From positions 87,110,001 to 87,174,000 of the forward strand of contig NC_043004.1 in the NCBI RefSeq assembly GCF_006345805.1: a stretch of 64,000 nt of DNA, given 5' to 3'. The position numbers were made by a program, and so were the translations under genes. The stretch's first letter is position 1; every line of letters starts with the position of its first letter. Below are positions 12,460-24,100 of the stretch, piece by piece. The stretch comes from Octopus sinensis (Eukaryota). Under the pieces are notes generated by a model that saw only the letters and a program-made list of their open reading frames with translations, made no database searches and had not been told where the DNA came from.

Positions 12460-12532
12460 AATATATAGAAAGCTGTAGAATGCACAAATATACTGAAAAA
12501 AATGTAATTGATTATACATATTCATAGGTAAT

Positions 12533-12733
12533 ATTGGTTTTAAGTTTTGGCACTAGATCAACAATTTCAGGAGAAGGGGTAAGTTGATTACATTGACCCC
12601 AGTGTTCAGCTGTTACTTATTAATTGACCCTGAAAGGATGAAGGGAAAATTCAACCTTGGTGGCATTTGAACTCAGAATGTAAAGATGGATTGAATGCCA
12701 TTAACCATTTTGCTCAATGTGTTATTGACTGCC
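12533..12733 (-). mobile_element. SINE family D (older copy)
   Basis: GGTTTTAAGTTTTGGCAC...GAAAGGATGAAGGGAAAATTCAACC...TTTGAACTCAGAATG is the reverse complement of the family. Confidence 0.8.
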
Positions 12734-12736
12734 TGT

Positions 12737-13059
12737 GAAGGCACGTGGCTTAGTGGTTAGGGCATTCAGCTCACGATTGTAAGGTCATAAGTTTGATTCC
12801 CGGTGATGCGTTGTGTCCTTGAGCAAGACACTTTATTTCCCATTGCTCCAGTCCACTCAGCTGGCAAAAATGAGTTGTACCTGTAATTCAAAGGGCTGGC
12901 CTTGTCACACTCTGTGTCACACTGAATCTCCCTGAGAACTACATTAGGGGTACGCGTGTCTGTGGTTTGCTCAGTCACTTGCATGTTAATTTCACGAGCA
13001 GGCTGTTCCATTGATTGTATCATCTGGGACCCTCGTCATTGTAACCGACGGAGTGCTCC
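12737..13059 (+). mobile_element. tRNA-headed SINE family E
   Basis: A-box TGGCTTAGTGG (12746), B-box GTTTGATTCC (12791), CORE-like GTGTCCTTGAGCAAGACACTT. Confidence 0.85.
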
Positions 13060-15169
13060 TTTTGTTGACTGTCAGCTCACTATCTTTCATAGATTTTGGT
13101 AATATATAATAGCCATTGTAGTCTTAAGGTATTAAACCATTTTTTCTTTCAATTTTACGTATAAGTTTTCACAGAACATATAGTGGGTGGTTGAAATTGG
13201 AATGCAGGTGTGATTTTGCTCTTGGTTGTTAGTTCTCCACTTCTAGTCTAAAATATTCAGGCAAAAGGCTCTGTAAATGTATTTAAATTCTTTTTTTCAA
13301 GGAAGTGAAAGACATTATACTGTTCTCTGTGCTATCAGTAAATATTTCACGTATTGTAAAAAATAATAAATTATCTCTAGGTCATGCATAACTTTCTCAT
13401 TTATGTGCTTCAGCATTGAAAAGTTAAAATAAGTAAAGTGCATAACAAAGCATTTTTTTATCTTCAAGTTTTCTAATTCTATAAATTTAATATATTTCAA
13501 AATGATTTTGCATAATGTAATTAATGATTCTCTAAAAGTGTGCTATTATTATATTATTATTTTCTAGATAAAGGATTAAAGCTTCATTGATATAAAATTG
13601 AATTAAGAGTTTTTGATCAACTATATTAAAATAACAGGCAAATTATAATGTTTGTGTGTGTGTGTGTGTTGTTATTTTATTAATTAATGATACTGGCATG
13701 GCACCTGAAAAATGAGAAAATGCCATTCAAATGTGAAAAGTAATACAGGAAATGCAGGAAGTTGCTGTCGGTTTGACATCAAAGTATAGTTATTTTGGTA
13801 TCAAATTATATCTATTATATTTGTGCTAGTGTGGTAACTATAGAGATAATTTGTGTTTTGTGTCATTAATATATTTATTTTCTGTTTGATTAAATATTAT
13901 AAGAGTAATCATCATTCTTTTTCAATGAGAAGGTTATGTTTAATAACTAACACTTGACATAAGAGGCAATTTCTCAATTCAGTAATATTACAATTAATTC
14001 GTACCAATGAATGAATAACTTCTTACTAGCTCAACCCACTGACGTGGCATCTAAATCTCTTCTTATTGTCTTTAAAAGCAGGAACCATATATTAACATTC
14101 TAACTCTTTATACAGTTTACTTAATACAAGGACTATTACAATTTATATTTTTAAAGTAGCAATGATTTTGAATTTATAGATGTGTATCTTAATAGCATTA
14201 CTACTGAGTTGCATAACCACGATTGGTATTGTATGTCTCTATGATCAATAAAAGCTTCTTGATTAGATATGGATGAGCTTCTCACCAAATGAATGATTGC
14301 ATTAATGTCCTGTATCTTTGAAAATAAATTATGGTGATTTTTAATAAAAGAACAGCTGTGCTCCCTGCGAACATTTCAAAAGGGATCTTTATTAACTTTT
14401 TATTAATGCTCCCATTAACTGGATGATCCTGCAATTAAAAATTCTTCTATTATGTTTTTAAGGCTTAACTTTCAAGTCTGAAGTTAACTCTTTAGTCCAT
14501 CTCCATATATCATGCTTTGAAGTCTAGGATGATAACATGACTCTTCCTACCAGCTTATGACATTTTTAATCCATCATGCAACATCTCTATGAACTATGTG
14601 GCTTTAACAGTATTGATATCATTCAAAAGTACATCAAATGATGCCTTTGTCATTTTTAAACACATTTGTGCTCTCATGCATTGGATTATCTACAGTCTGT
14701 TTGTCTCTAATTGTTACAAATGCTTTACATTCACTACCAGTATTTCAAATTTAATGTTTCAATTTTGTGGTTTTATTAGATATTACCCTTTGAATGCAAT
14801 TGAATATTAAAAAAGAAACCTGGTTTCTCTATTATAATTGTGGCTTTCAAACATTCCCCATAATCTAAATACTTAGGCTAAAGGCACCCAAGAGCCAGGT
14901 AGTGGCATTAATCTGAATAATAGATACAATCTGTCTCATAGGTTTCTACACAGTTTCCATCTATCTCATTTCACCCAACAAAACATGAGCTGACTTGAGG
15001 CTATGGTAAAATAATCTTACACAAGTCTATTTATAAGGATCCTCACTCACATGATTGCAAAGAGAACTCCTTAACCACATAGACTTATGTGCACCCATAC
15101 AGCAATCACATACCTTAAATATGCATTGCATAATTTAACCTTTTTAAAAAGAAGGTAATCCTTATCAGT

Positions 15170-16560
15170 AAATTATGATTCTGAAAGTTGACTTCCACAT
15201 CAGTTACTGTCCATTTGTTTCTGATTCTAAATTAAACACACAACAAAAATCCTTGCAAATTATGTTTCCTCCACTGATTGTCACACCACCATGACTATGC
15301 CAGAGCCATCAACCCAACAATATAATTGCTTCTGGTATTATGTGTTCCAACAGTGCACTTCCCTGTAAACTTTCATTATAGAAATCTGTTCTTGTCTATA
15401 GAAACATTTTTCAAGTGTGACCCTTTCTCAAGAAGGGCAACCTATTTGACATTGCCAACTATTAACGGGTCCTCTTTATGTCCAACATCTCAAATATAAC
15501 TGAGGCAGTCATAAATCCCTGCTTCTTTCTTCACATTGAATCTCTCTCCTTAGGGGTCCGCAATAGTCACCATACTTGATCTGCTATATCACATACCCTT
15601 TGTCTCTTGCCCATCAGAACTTTATCAAATGCAAGGTTGTGGCCTTTGACCTTATCAAAGGCTTCAACTGTGTCTAATATAAGAACCTAGCTAAGTTGCC
15701 ACTTATAGATTCCATGTCTGTCATCTCTTGTATCAGAGGTTTCTTATCAGACACTCCATTGCTTATGTTGACTACACACCTGTGTACATGACACAATCCT
15801 TCAATTACCTTTAACCTTCCACATACATAAACCATCTACATGCAACCTTGACACCTCCAGTCATGAAAAGACATAAAACAAAAATACTTTTAAGGAAAAT
15901 ACTAGTAGTCTCCCTCAACAACAAAATACATTTTTTTTTTACACTTATTGTAACAATCTTGCAGCACATCCTCCTTACACATTCTCATGAGATATCTAAG
16001 GCCCTCAAAATTGCTACATATGGTGTGCCTCACAATCTTTGGTCTGTCTTTGTAACATTATGTATATAACATTACCAAAACTGCTTCTCAAAGACTTGGT
16101 TTCCTTAGTGCTAGAAAATATTTCAGCTCTGATCAGTCACTAACCTTCTATGAAGTTCATATGAAATCCATGGTGAAATAGTGCTCACTTATTTGGTGCA
16201 GTATTGCTACTACACAGATTCTAGGCTGCATCTAAAAGAAAATTATTCGACTTATTGGCAAAGATGCATTCAACCAACATGCTACAACTAATGGCTCACT
16301 AACAGATATCAGTTTTCTTCTCACTGCTTCTAGTGTTACTACAACATCCTCATCTTCTACTCTTCAGAGGTAGCACGTTGCATACTCCCACCATCCAAGT
16401 CCACTCAACACAGTTTCTCTTTTTGTTATTCCTCATGTGTCTCACATACAAGATCTTTTGCTGAACATTTTATCCATTCAGTTCTTCCCAAAGCTGTATC
16501 CCTCTGGAATTTCCTTTCACCCACATTTCCTTGTAGATGTTGACATGCAGATGAAACTAG
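15170..16560 (+). mobile_element. Decayed non-LTR retrotransposon RT region (Jockey/L2/CR1-group-like)
   Basis: Broken motifs PFLKKGN..IANY (PvpKKG...NYRP), VVAFDLIKGFNCV*YKNLAKLP (ALDISKAFDRVWH..LL.KLP) and FFPKAVSLWNF (SFFPR...LWNSLP). A similar 3' end (SFHLRMLVLWNSLP) lies near 39245. Confidence 0.7.
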
Positions 16561-17705
16561 CATCAGATACTTTGACTTTATCTTATTAATGTCTGTTTTT
16601 CCACTCTGGCAAGAACTGAATGTGTCTGACTTACAATATATCACCATCATCTTGATATTTTGTCATCTCATCTCAGTCCAAGTATCCCAAGAATTTTATC
16701 TTTCCACTTCTTATATTTCCTTTGGCCTTTTTCCATCATGCACATCCTTAAGTAATATTGCATAACATTTATTTGTACCTAACATATTAATACTTATCTA
16801 TTTACAGTTATTTTATATTTTTATAATTTCTGTATATTATTTTTAATTTTTCTTTTTCTTAAATATTCTATTCTATTTTTATTGTAGGTAAGTACCTAAG
16901 TCATTATCCTTGCTTTGGGTGAATTTTCCTGTAAACTGTAAGCAAAGATTTCCTACTATTTCTAACTTTTCTCACTTTTTATTTGTTTTGCAACCAAATC
17001 TTCAAGAAAACAATCAATAACATAAGGATTTAAAGCATGCTTATGTAATGATTTCTATATTTATCTTTCAATTATATTGATTCTCAAGAAAAAGTATTAT
17101 ACTTTGTGAAATCTAGTTTGTACAGCTTCTCTAAGTTTCTTATATCTTTTCTGAACAAGTGGAATTTGTCAAAGAAACTTAGTCAGGAAATATAATCTTA
17201 ACATTGATTAATAAATGAAGAAAATATGTAATATTTGTTCGTTTAAGCTGATATTGATAGGCTATAACAAAATGAAACAGAAAAAATATATAAAAAAAAG
17301 CAAAACTAGTAATGCTACTTAACAAAATAGTCTCATTGTAGCATTTTTAAAAAATTTCATATGAAACTATGAAATAATAAAACCAAAAGGCTACTAATAC
17401 TGGTTGAGTATTCTTATAATCTTAAGAGGAATTGTTTGGTACTGAATTTTACTGGTTATTGGATAATGTTGATTTTTTTTTAGTTTGGACTCAAGGCCAT
17501 TTTGAAGAAAAGGAGTAGATATAATGAATTGGACTATTCTATAGTGAATGTATCACTAGTACTTTTTTTACAGACAACTGGGGGTTATGTAATTCAAATA
17601 CATTCTAGTGAATTTGAATAATATTGCTACTGGTGTCCTATCTGTTTTCAGTTATTTGTGGAACAATTTGGACACACTGTCATTAGTTGGTTAATTGGTT
17701 AAATG

Positions 17706-17743
<38 letters not shown>

Positions 17744-17748
<5 letters not shown>

Positions 17749-17959
17749 CAAAATGTGACCACATATGTACCGTTGGCGATTTTTTTTTCTCCGTTTTCCC
17801 TTCTTTGGATCTTTCCTTTCCCTATGTTTCTGACGAAGAGCTCCGCTCAAAACGTTAAATCCTCCTTCTTCCCTTCCTTCCTGAGCGTCCAATAATACTA
17901 TACTTGTTCCACATCCTCACGTTGTTGTGTTTTCTCTTTGTGTTTTCATGTTTGGATTA

Positions 17960-17963
<4 letters not shown>
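17744..17963 (+). mobile_element. Penelope-like pseudo-LTR fragment inserted in (TA)n
   Basis: Contains CTGACGAAGAGCTCCGCTCAAAACGTT, typical of PLE terminal repeats. Flanked by (TA)n at 17708-17742 and 17964-17993. Confidence 0.65.
17826..17860 (+). ncRNA. Degenerate minimal hammerhead ribozyme-like motif
   Basis: GTTT-CTGACGA-A-GAGC(TCC)GCTC-AAAAC-GTT-AAAT. The expected GAAA reads AAAA. Confidence 0.5.
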
Positions 17964-17998
<35 letters not shown>

Positions 17999-18349
17999 TC
18001 ATAAGAGATATATATTGTGCTTTCATTTCTAAAAGTAATTTATTTCCAGTCAAGTAGCCTGAACCCATCAGAGATAAATAAGTACTCTTTTTAGAGTGGT
18101 GTTTTGATATAATTATCAACTTTAACACAATAAGTTGGTACTCTATCTTTTGACTCTCACTCTAGGTATTTGCTTAATGATTTAATCACCACTAAGAGAT
18201 ATAATTGCTTTCATAAAGGAATATCTTATATATGGTATTTGTATAGATTCATAAGATAAGAAAACAATTACTCATGTTAAAACATATTTACCTTTTCCTA
18301 TTATATTTCTTGAGCAAATCTTATCATATTTTTTTTACAAAAGCTGGTC

Positions 18350-18600
18350 ATGTATGTGTGTGTTTGTGTGTGTGTGTGTGTTTGTGTGTGTATGTGTGTG
18401 TGTCCCACTGCTTGACAACTGGTGCTGGTGTGTTTACATCCTCATAACTTTGCAGTTTGGCAAAAGAGACTGATAGAATAAGTACCAGGCTTTTAAAGAA
18501 TAAATTCTGGGGTTGATACATTTAACTAAAATTTCTTCAAGGTGGTGCCCCAACATGGCTGCTGAAACAATTAAAAAATAAGGATAAAAACAAAAAGATG
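18350..18600 (+). mobile_element. SINE family A (3' half)
   Basis: (TG)n followed by GCTTGACAACTGGTGCTGGTGTG...GGTGCCCCAACATGGC...GAAACAAT. Confidence 0.75.
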
Positions 18601-18747
18601 AACTATTACATGTAATATGCCCAGAGTGAATATAACAGGTAAATGAAACACATACATAAGAAATAACTTTATTTTTTATATCTCTTTGACTTTCCTCTGT
18701 GATAGTAACCCATACTAGCTAGTAAATTAAGTAATTAAAAGTTATAC

Positions 18748-19164
18748 TCTCTTTTACTTGTTTCAGTCATTTTTGCTGCGGCCATGCTGGAGCACCGCCT
18801 TTAGTCGAGCAAATCAACTCCAGGACTTATTCTTTTGTAAGCCTAGTACTTATTCTATCGGTCCCTTTTGCTGAACTGCTAAGTTACAGGGGACGTGAAC
18901 ACACCAGCATCAGTTGTCAAGCGATGTTAGGGGGACAAACACAGACACACAAACATATACCCACACACACACAAACATATATATATATATACATATATAT
19001 ACGACAGGCTTCTTTCAGTTTCTGTCTACCAAATCCACCCAAACGGCTTTGGTCGGCCCAAGGCTATAGTAGAAGACACTTGCCCAAGGAGCCACGCAGT
19101 GGGACTGAACCTGGAACCATGTGGTTGGTAAGCAAGCTACTTACCACACAGCCACTCCTGCGCC
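18748..19164 (-). mobile_element. Full-length young SINE family A
   Basis: Near-exact reverse complement of 47331-47722, with CpGs retained. Confidence 0.9.
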
Positions 19165-19639
19165 TATATACAAAGCAAAAGCTATGAAATATACACAGTT
19201 TCTTTTTATATTTTGCATCTTTGGGTTATCCTCTTTACAGATCATATTTTTAAGTCAATAAACAAACTATGTGAATGAATAATGTTTGTGAGTTTGTATA
19301 TCAAGCGATGTGTGTAGGTGTGAATGAATAGACATTTTCAGGTGGGTGCAGTGATATTATGAATGAAGTACTTCACCTTTGAAACACTCAGACAAATAAA
19401 TGTGAATAAGGCTTGTGGTAGAAGTAATATAGTAGTGAATTTGGGTGTAGTCTAACTCAGAAATATGCTATCAACTTGGACATTTCTAAGTTGCCTGGTA
19501 TTTAGTGTAGTGATGAAATTTATATTAATGAGCTTTGAAGCATTACTGCCCAACCATACACCCACTATTGAAGTCTACTAGTTTGGTTGAACGTCACACT
19601 AACAGAAAAAAAGGACTTGGTTTGTGTCTGTACATAAAT

Positions 19640-19803
19640 ACGTATAGCATATGTTTTGTGTGTGTGTGTGTGTACATACATATATATACTGAGAGAAAGA
19701 GTGTGTGTAAGTATGTATGTATATATCATATATATATATATATATATATATACATACATACTTACATACATACACACACTCTTTAGTAAGTATGTATGTA
19801 TAT

Positions 19804-19842
<39 letters not shown>

Positions 19843-19852
19843 TATATATACA
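19640..19852. repeat. Compound TG/TA/CA microsatellite with an internal ~80-bp duplication
   Basis: GTAAGTATGTATGTATATATCATATATA occurs at about 19707 and about 19787. Confidence 0.85.
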
Positions 19853-20066
19853 CAGTAATACCTTGACTATTGTGGGTGTTACATTTCAAAATCCCCGCGA
19901 TAGGTGAAAATCCATAGAGTAGAAACAGTACTGTACTGTATATTTTTATTATTTTTATAATTTGTATATATTTTATTATAAATGCAAAACAACACCATGG
20001 AGGAATTGAGGTAAGCTTAAATAATAAACTGCGATAGGTGAACTGCGATATGGTGAGGGATTAATG
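19853..20066. mobile_element. Tigger/pogo-like MITE
   Basis: Degenerate TIRs CAGTAATACCTTGACTATTGTGGG / CTGCGATATGGTGAGGGATTAATG, with TA at 20067-20068. Confidence 0.6.
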
Positions 20067-20089
20067 TATATATACATATATATATATAT

Positions 20090-20435
20090 AAGGATTTTTT
20101 GCGTAATAAGATAAAAAAAACCATCGCTGTATAGATATTAGAGCATTTATAGATAGAAGGTCTCTTACAGCTGTTTCTAGGATATTAATTAATAATATCC
20201 CTTCATCAGAGACGGTGTGAGAGGATAGTTAAGTCATACTTAGTTTAGATGTGATATAAAATAGAGAGTGAGGTGGAGGAAAGAAAATAGATGCAAGATA
20301 TGTATGGGTATTGAAGTTGTAAATCCATTTTATAGGCAGAACGGTATATATGTAAAATTCCAATACCCTATGAGTAAAGTCCAAAAGTCCAACAGATTTT
20401 AAAATGAGTCCTTCCAAATATAGAGTTTATAAGCA

Positions 20436-20437
<2 letters not shown>
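20090..20437 (-). mobile_element. 5'-truncated Penelope-like element 3' end, between TA tracts
   Basis: Carries a hammerhead-like motif. The upstream minus-strand peptide KWIYNFNTH weakly resembles the WI..L.T end of PLE GIY-YIG ORFs. TA-rich tracts lie on both sides. Confidence 0.55.
20160..20214 (-). ncRNA. Type I minimal hammerhead ribozyme-like motif
   Basis: Minus strand: GUCU-CUGAUGA-A-GGGAUAUU(AUUAAUU)AAUAUCCU-A-GAA-ACAGCUGU-A-AGA. All core nucleotides are present, with an 8-bp stem II and a palindromic stem III. Confidence 0.7.
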
Positions 20438-20473
<36 letters not shown>

Positions 20474-21469
20474 TGTGTGTGTGTGCGTTTTATACAAAAA
20501 TATATATAGTGTGTGTGTGTGCGTTTTATACAAAAATATATATATTGTGTGTGTGCATGTTTTTACATATTTGTGTGTACAAAAATATGTATATTATGTG
20601 TGTATACTTTATATTTGTGTGTGAATGTATAAATTTCTAAATCTTTGTCGAAATTTATGTGTGTGTGTGTGTGTCTGCATATTTCTGTCTTAATGTGTTT
20701 TTAATGGAAAGGATTGCACTTCTTTGACATTAGAAGTTTATGTGTTATTTAACTTCTATTTATGTTTTTTATTAAAAGTAAAAAGAATCTTAAATGAAAT
20801 ATTCTGTTGTAATACAAAATTTATTTGCTTTAGATTTTAACAACTAAATATCATGTGACATAGTCTAGTATTTAGTATTTTCTCCATTTCTTGGTTCTCT
20901 TTGTTTTTGTCTTTTTTTTTGTATGTGTATGTCATCATTTTCTGTTAGAGAACTATATTTGTCTGGTGCTTATGTAGAAGCAAGATCCTCACATAATTCT
21001 TGACATTTTCTTCCAATTCTAATTCTACTACTATTACACTACTATCCATTTATTAGTGTTGGTCAAAGCTTGACTTCAAATAAAAGACCTTCAGTAATAT
21101 TTTGTGAACGGATATGGATCTTTCAATGTTTGTTATATAACCTTTTTAAACATAGGATGGAGTAGGGAAGCAATGTACTTCTCTTGGTATTTGACTCTCT
21201 AGCAAAACACATCAAAGTAACTGTTGCTTCAAAATTTTTTTCATTATTATTACTAAGTTGGTGTGGAAGAAAAATTGGAGCTTAGTGTTTGATGGAGAAA
21301 TTTGTAGGGTAAAGGGGAAATTTCATGGTGTGTCTGACATTAGCATAAAGAACTTAGGGAAAGCAATACACTAAAAACTTGGTAGGCAAGTAATTTTAAA
21401 TGGAAGTGAAGTCACATGGCCTAGAGTCTGCAAATTTTGTTAACAACTATTATTATATGCAATGAATAA

Positions 21470-21680
21470 GGGAGTGAGCTGGCAGAATCGTTAACATGAT
21501 GGGCAAAGTGCCGAGCAACATTTTGTCCATCTTTATGTTCTGAGTTCAAATGCCACTGGGGTCAACTTAGCCTTGTATTTTTTTTGTGGTTGATAAAATA
21601 AGTACCAGTTGAGCACTGGGGTCAATCTAATCGACTTAGCCCCTCCCAAAAATTGCTGGACTTGTGTCAAAATTTGAAAC
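21470..21680 (+). mobile_element. SINE family D
   Basis: GAGCTGGCAGAATCGTTAAC...TTCTGAGTTCAAATGCC...AAATTTGAAACC. Confidence 0.8.
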
Positions 21681-22204
21681 CACTCTACACAATGAATGAG
21701 GAACAGTGAGGGATGTGACTGAACTTTGGGCAAGGCAGAAGTTTATGGACCAGTTTTTGAAAGAATCAGTTACAGAATAGTCACTCCAATTGCGAATTGA
21801 TATATTAGAAGACTGATTCTGTTAACCCACTGTCTAATCTTTAGTTCATTTTAGCCATTATGGTTAATGCCATGCTGAAGCATCACCTCCTGTAATCAGG
21901 ATATGTATTTCTTGAGTATTTCTAGTTGTTCAGCACTAGACCTCTCTCGTTCAAGCTTCCCTATGATCAAAAGCATTCCAGCCATGACAATTTAGTCTTA
22001 TTTTCAGACATAGTATATCTAAGACTACATTATCCAAGAGAAGACAGTCGAATGTTATTTGAGGAAGATTTCGCTGCTATTTCTTGCAGGGTGAGTGATC
22101 ACTTAGATGCCTTGGTTCCTCTTCATTTCTTGTTTAAATAATAGGAACAGTGGAAATATCTTTCCTGAAATAACTTGAATCTAATGCATTTCTAGACTTC
22201 TTAC

Positions 22205-22334
22205 TTTTTTTTTTCTTTTTTTTTTTCTTCTCATTTCTCCCTTTGCTATAATGGTCATGTCTCATTCCAGAAATGGAGGATTTAAAATTAGCTCTGTTTT
22301 GTTCTACTTGTCTATTCCCAAAATAAGTCAATAA
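22205..22334 (-). CDS. Candidate exon (LLTYFGNRQVEQNRANFKSSISGMRHDHYSKGRNEKKKKKKKK)
   Basis: TTTACTTTTTAATTTCAG| 130 nt open frame |GTAAGA. The poly-A-derived poly-K lowers confidence. No homology recognised. Confidence 0.2.
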
Positions 22335-22403
22335 CTGAAATTAAAAAGTAAATATTGCATTTTTATTTATTTAATGCTTTTTACCTCTCTTCATCATAGA
22401 CCA

Positions 22404-22570
22404 CTTCCGCTATCATAATCATCATCATCATCGTTTAACATCCGTTTTCCATGCTAGCATGGGTTGGACGGTTCAACTGGGGTCTGGGAAGCCAGAAGGC
22501 TGCGCCAGGCCCAGTCTGATCTGGCAGTATTTCTACAGCTGGATGCCCTTCCTAACGGCATGCCCTTCCT
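22404..22570 (-). mobile_element. SINE family B
   Basis: (CAT)n, CCATGCTAGCATGG and TTTCTACAGCTGGATGCCCTTCCTAAC. Confidence 0.85.
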
Positions 22571-22689
22571 AAATAATTCTTTCTACTCTAAGCATAAAGC
22601 TTAAAGTTTTGGGAGAAGGGGTTAGTCACTTACATCACCCCCAGTATCTGACTGGTACTTATTTTATTGACCTCAGTGGCATTTGATCA

Positions 22690-23650
22690 CTTATTTGCAA
22701 ACTGTGTCCTTCAAAATTGCCCCATGAACATCTTTAGCCACAGCTCAGCTGTGAAGAGTTTCTCAAACTCTTGGCAGTGATCCCTTAGTTGATATGATCT
22801 CCAGCCATTTACCATTAAGGGGTACCTAGTATTTTCCTCATCCCCATCTCCTCCTTAATGAGCACAGAATTCATTTGTCCTCCTTTAGGTTCAGTATCAT
22901 GGCTCTCCTCGGAGCTGCAAGCAAAGCGTTCACCTAAGGATCTTGCTGTTATCTCCATGTCTTCTGCTATCACAATCTCATCTTCAGTAGAATCCTTTTT
23001 AGTGACCAAATGTAGCAACTATGCCTTCTGCTTTGCACCATTAGCCTTACTGACTTTCTTTACATTCCCACAGTGGAGTATAACTCTGTGATTGCCCTCT
23101 AGCTTTTGGAGTCATCTATACCAAGAGATCTATGTAGATCCTATCAAACCACATGTTGTTGACAGTCACCTTTGTCAATGAGAGTACTACTAACTCTTGC
23201 TACAACCATCAGACTTCTTCTTTCATGTGTATTATTGCACCAATCTGTAGGCAGGTATATGGCGAACCTCCTCTACCGATCTCCTTGCTTTATCCTTAAT
23301 CTTAATGACAAAACACATACTTTCATATGTCCTAATCCTGTCAAAGATGTGTATATCCAACCAAACCAGAATGCTTCCCATTCTATTTTTGAAAAACAGA
23401 GGTATATCACTTTTCTCTTTGCCTCTTTCTTGAGTAAATTCTTTGAGCAAGGAGTCATTCTTTCATGATATAGTCCTTATCAGACCCTTTTATGTTTTGC
23501 CTGATGATGAACCATGTTTGGTACATCCTTTTTTTTTCTTGCAAAAAAAAAAGAAGAAATTGTTGTTGAGACTTTTGTCACTGTCATTCAAATATGCATT
23601 TTTTATCCTTTTTGTGCTTTTCAAATTTTGAATGTTTGTACTTATGACTG
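22690..23650 (-). mobile_element. Probable decayed retroelement ORF1/gag-like relic
   Basis: Higher-GC, coding-like stretch with many stops; LSTTCGLIGS resembles a decayed CCHC knuckle. The assignment is weak. Confidence 0.3.
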
Positions 23651-23681
23651 TGGGCTGTGATAGTCATTTTTTCTTCTTTCA

Positions 23682-24100
23682 TATGTATGTATATATACAT
23701 ATTTATATATGTATGTATGTATGTATGTATGTAGTATGTATGTATGTATGTGTGTGTGTGTGTATATGTATGTATATATGCATGTGTATGTATGTATATA
23801 TATATGTATGTATGTGTATGTAGTTATGTATATATATATATATGTGTATGAATTTGTATGTATTTATGTATATATATGTATGAGTGTGTATTTATGTATG
23901 TATATGTATGTATGTATATATATATATGTATATATGTATGTATATATATGTATATATGTATGTATATATATCTATGTATATGTGTGTTCATGTATATATG
24001 TGTGTATATATATGTGCGTATGTATATGTGTGTGTTTGTATGTATATATGTGCATGTGTATGTATGCATATATATGTGTATGTATGTGTGTGTGTGTATG
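23682..24100. repeat. Compound (TA/TG/TATG)n microsatellite
   Basis: Direct reading of the sequence. Confidence 0.95.

Noticed and set aside
12737-12810. tRNA gene-like A and B boxes
   Set aside because: No cloverleaf or acceptor stem, and the sequence continues into a SINE body. The same applies to the family A and D heads.
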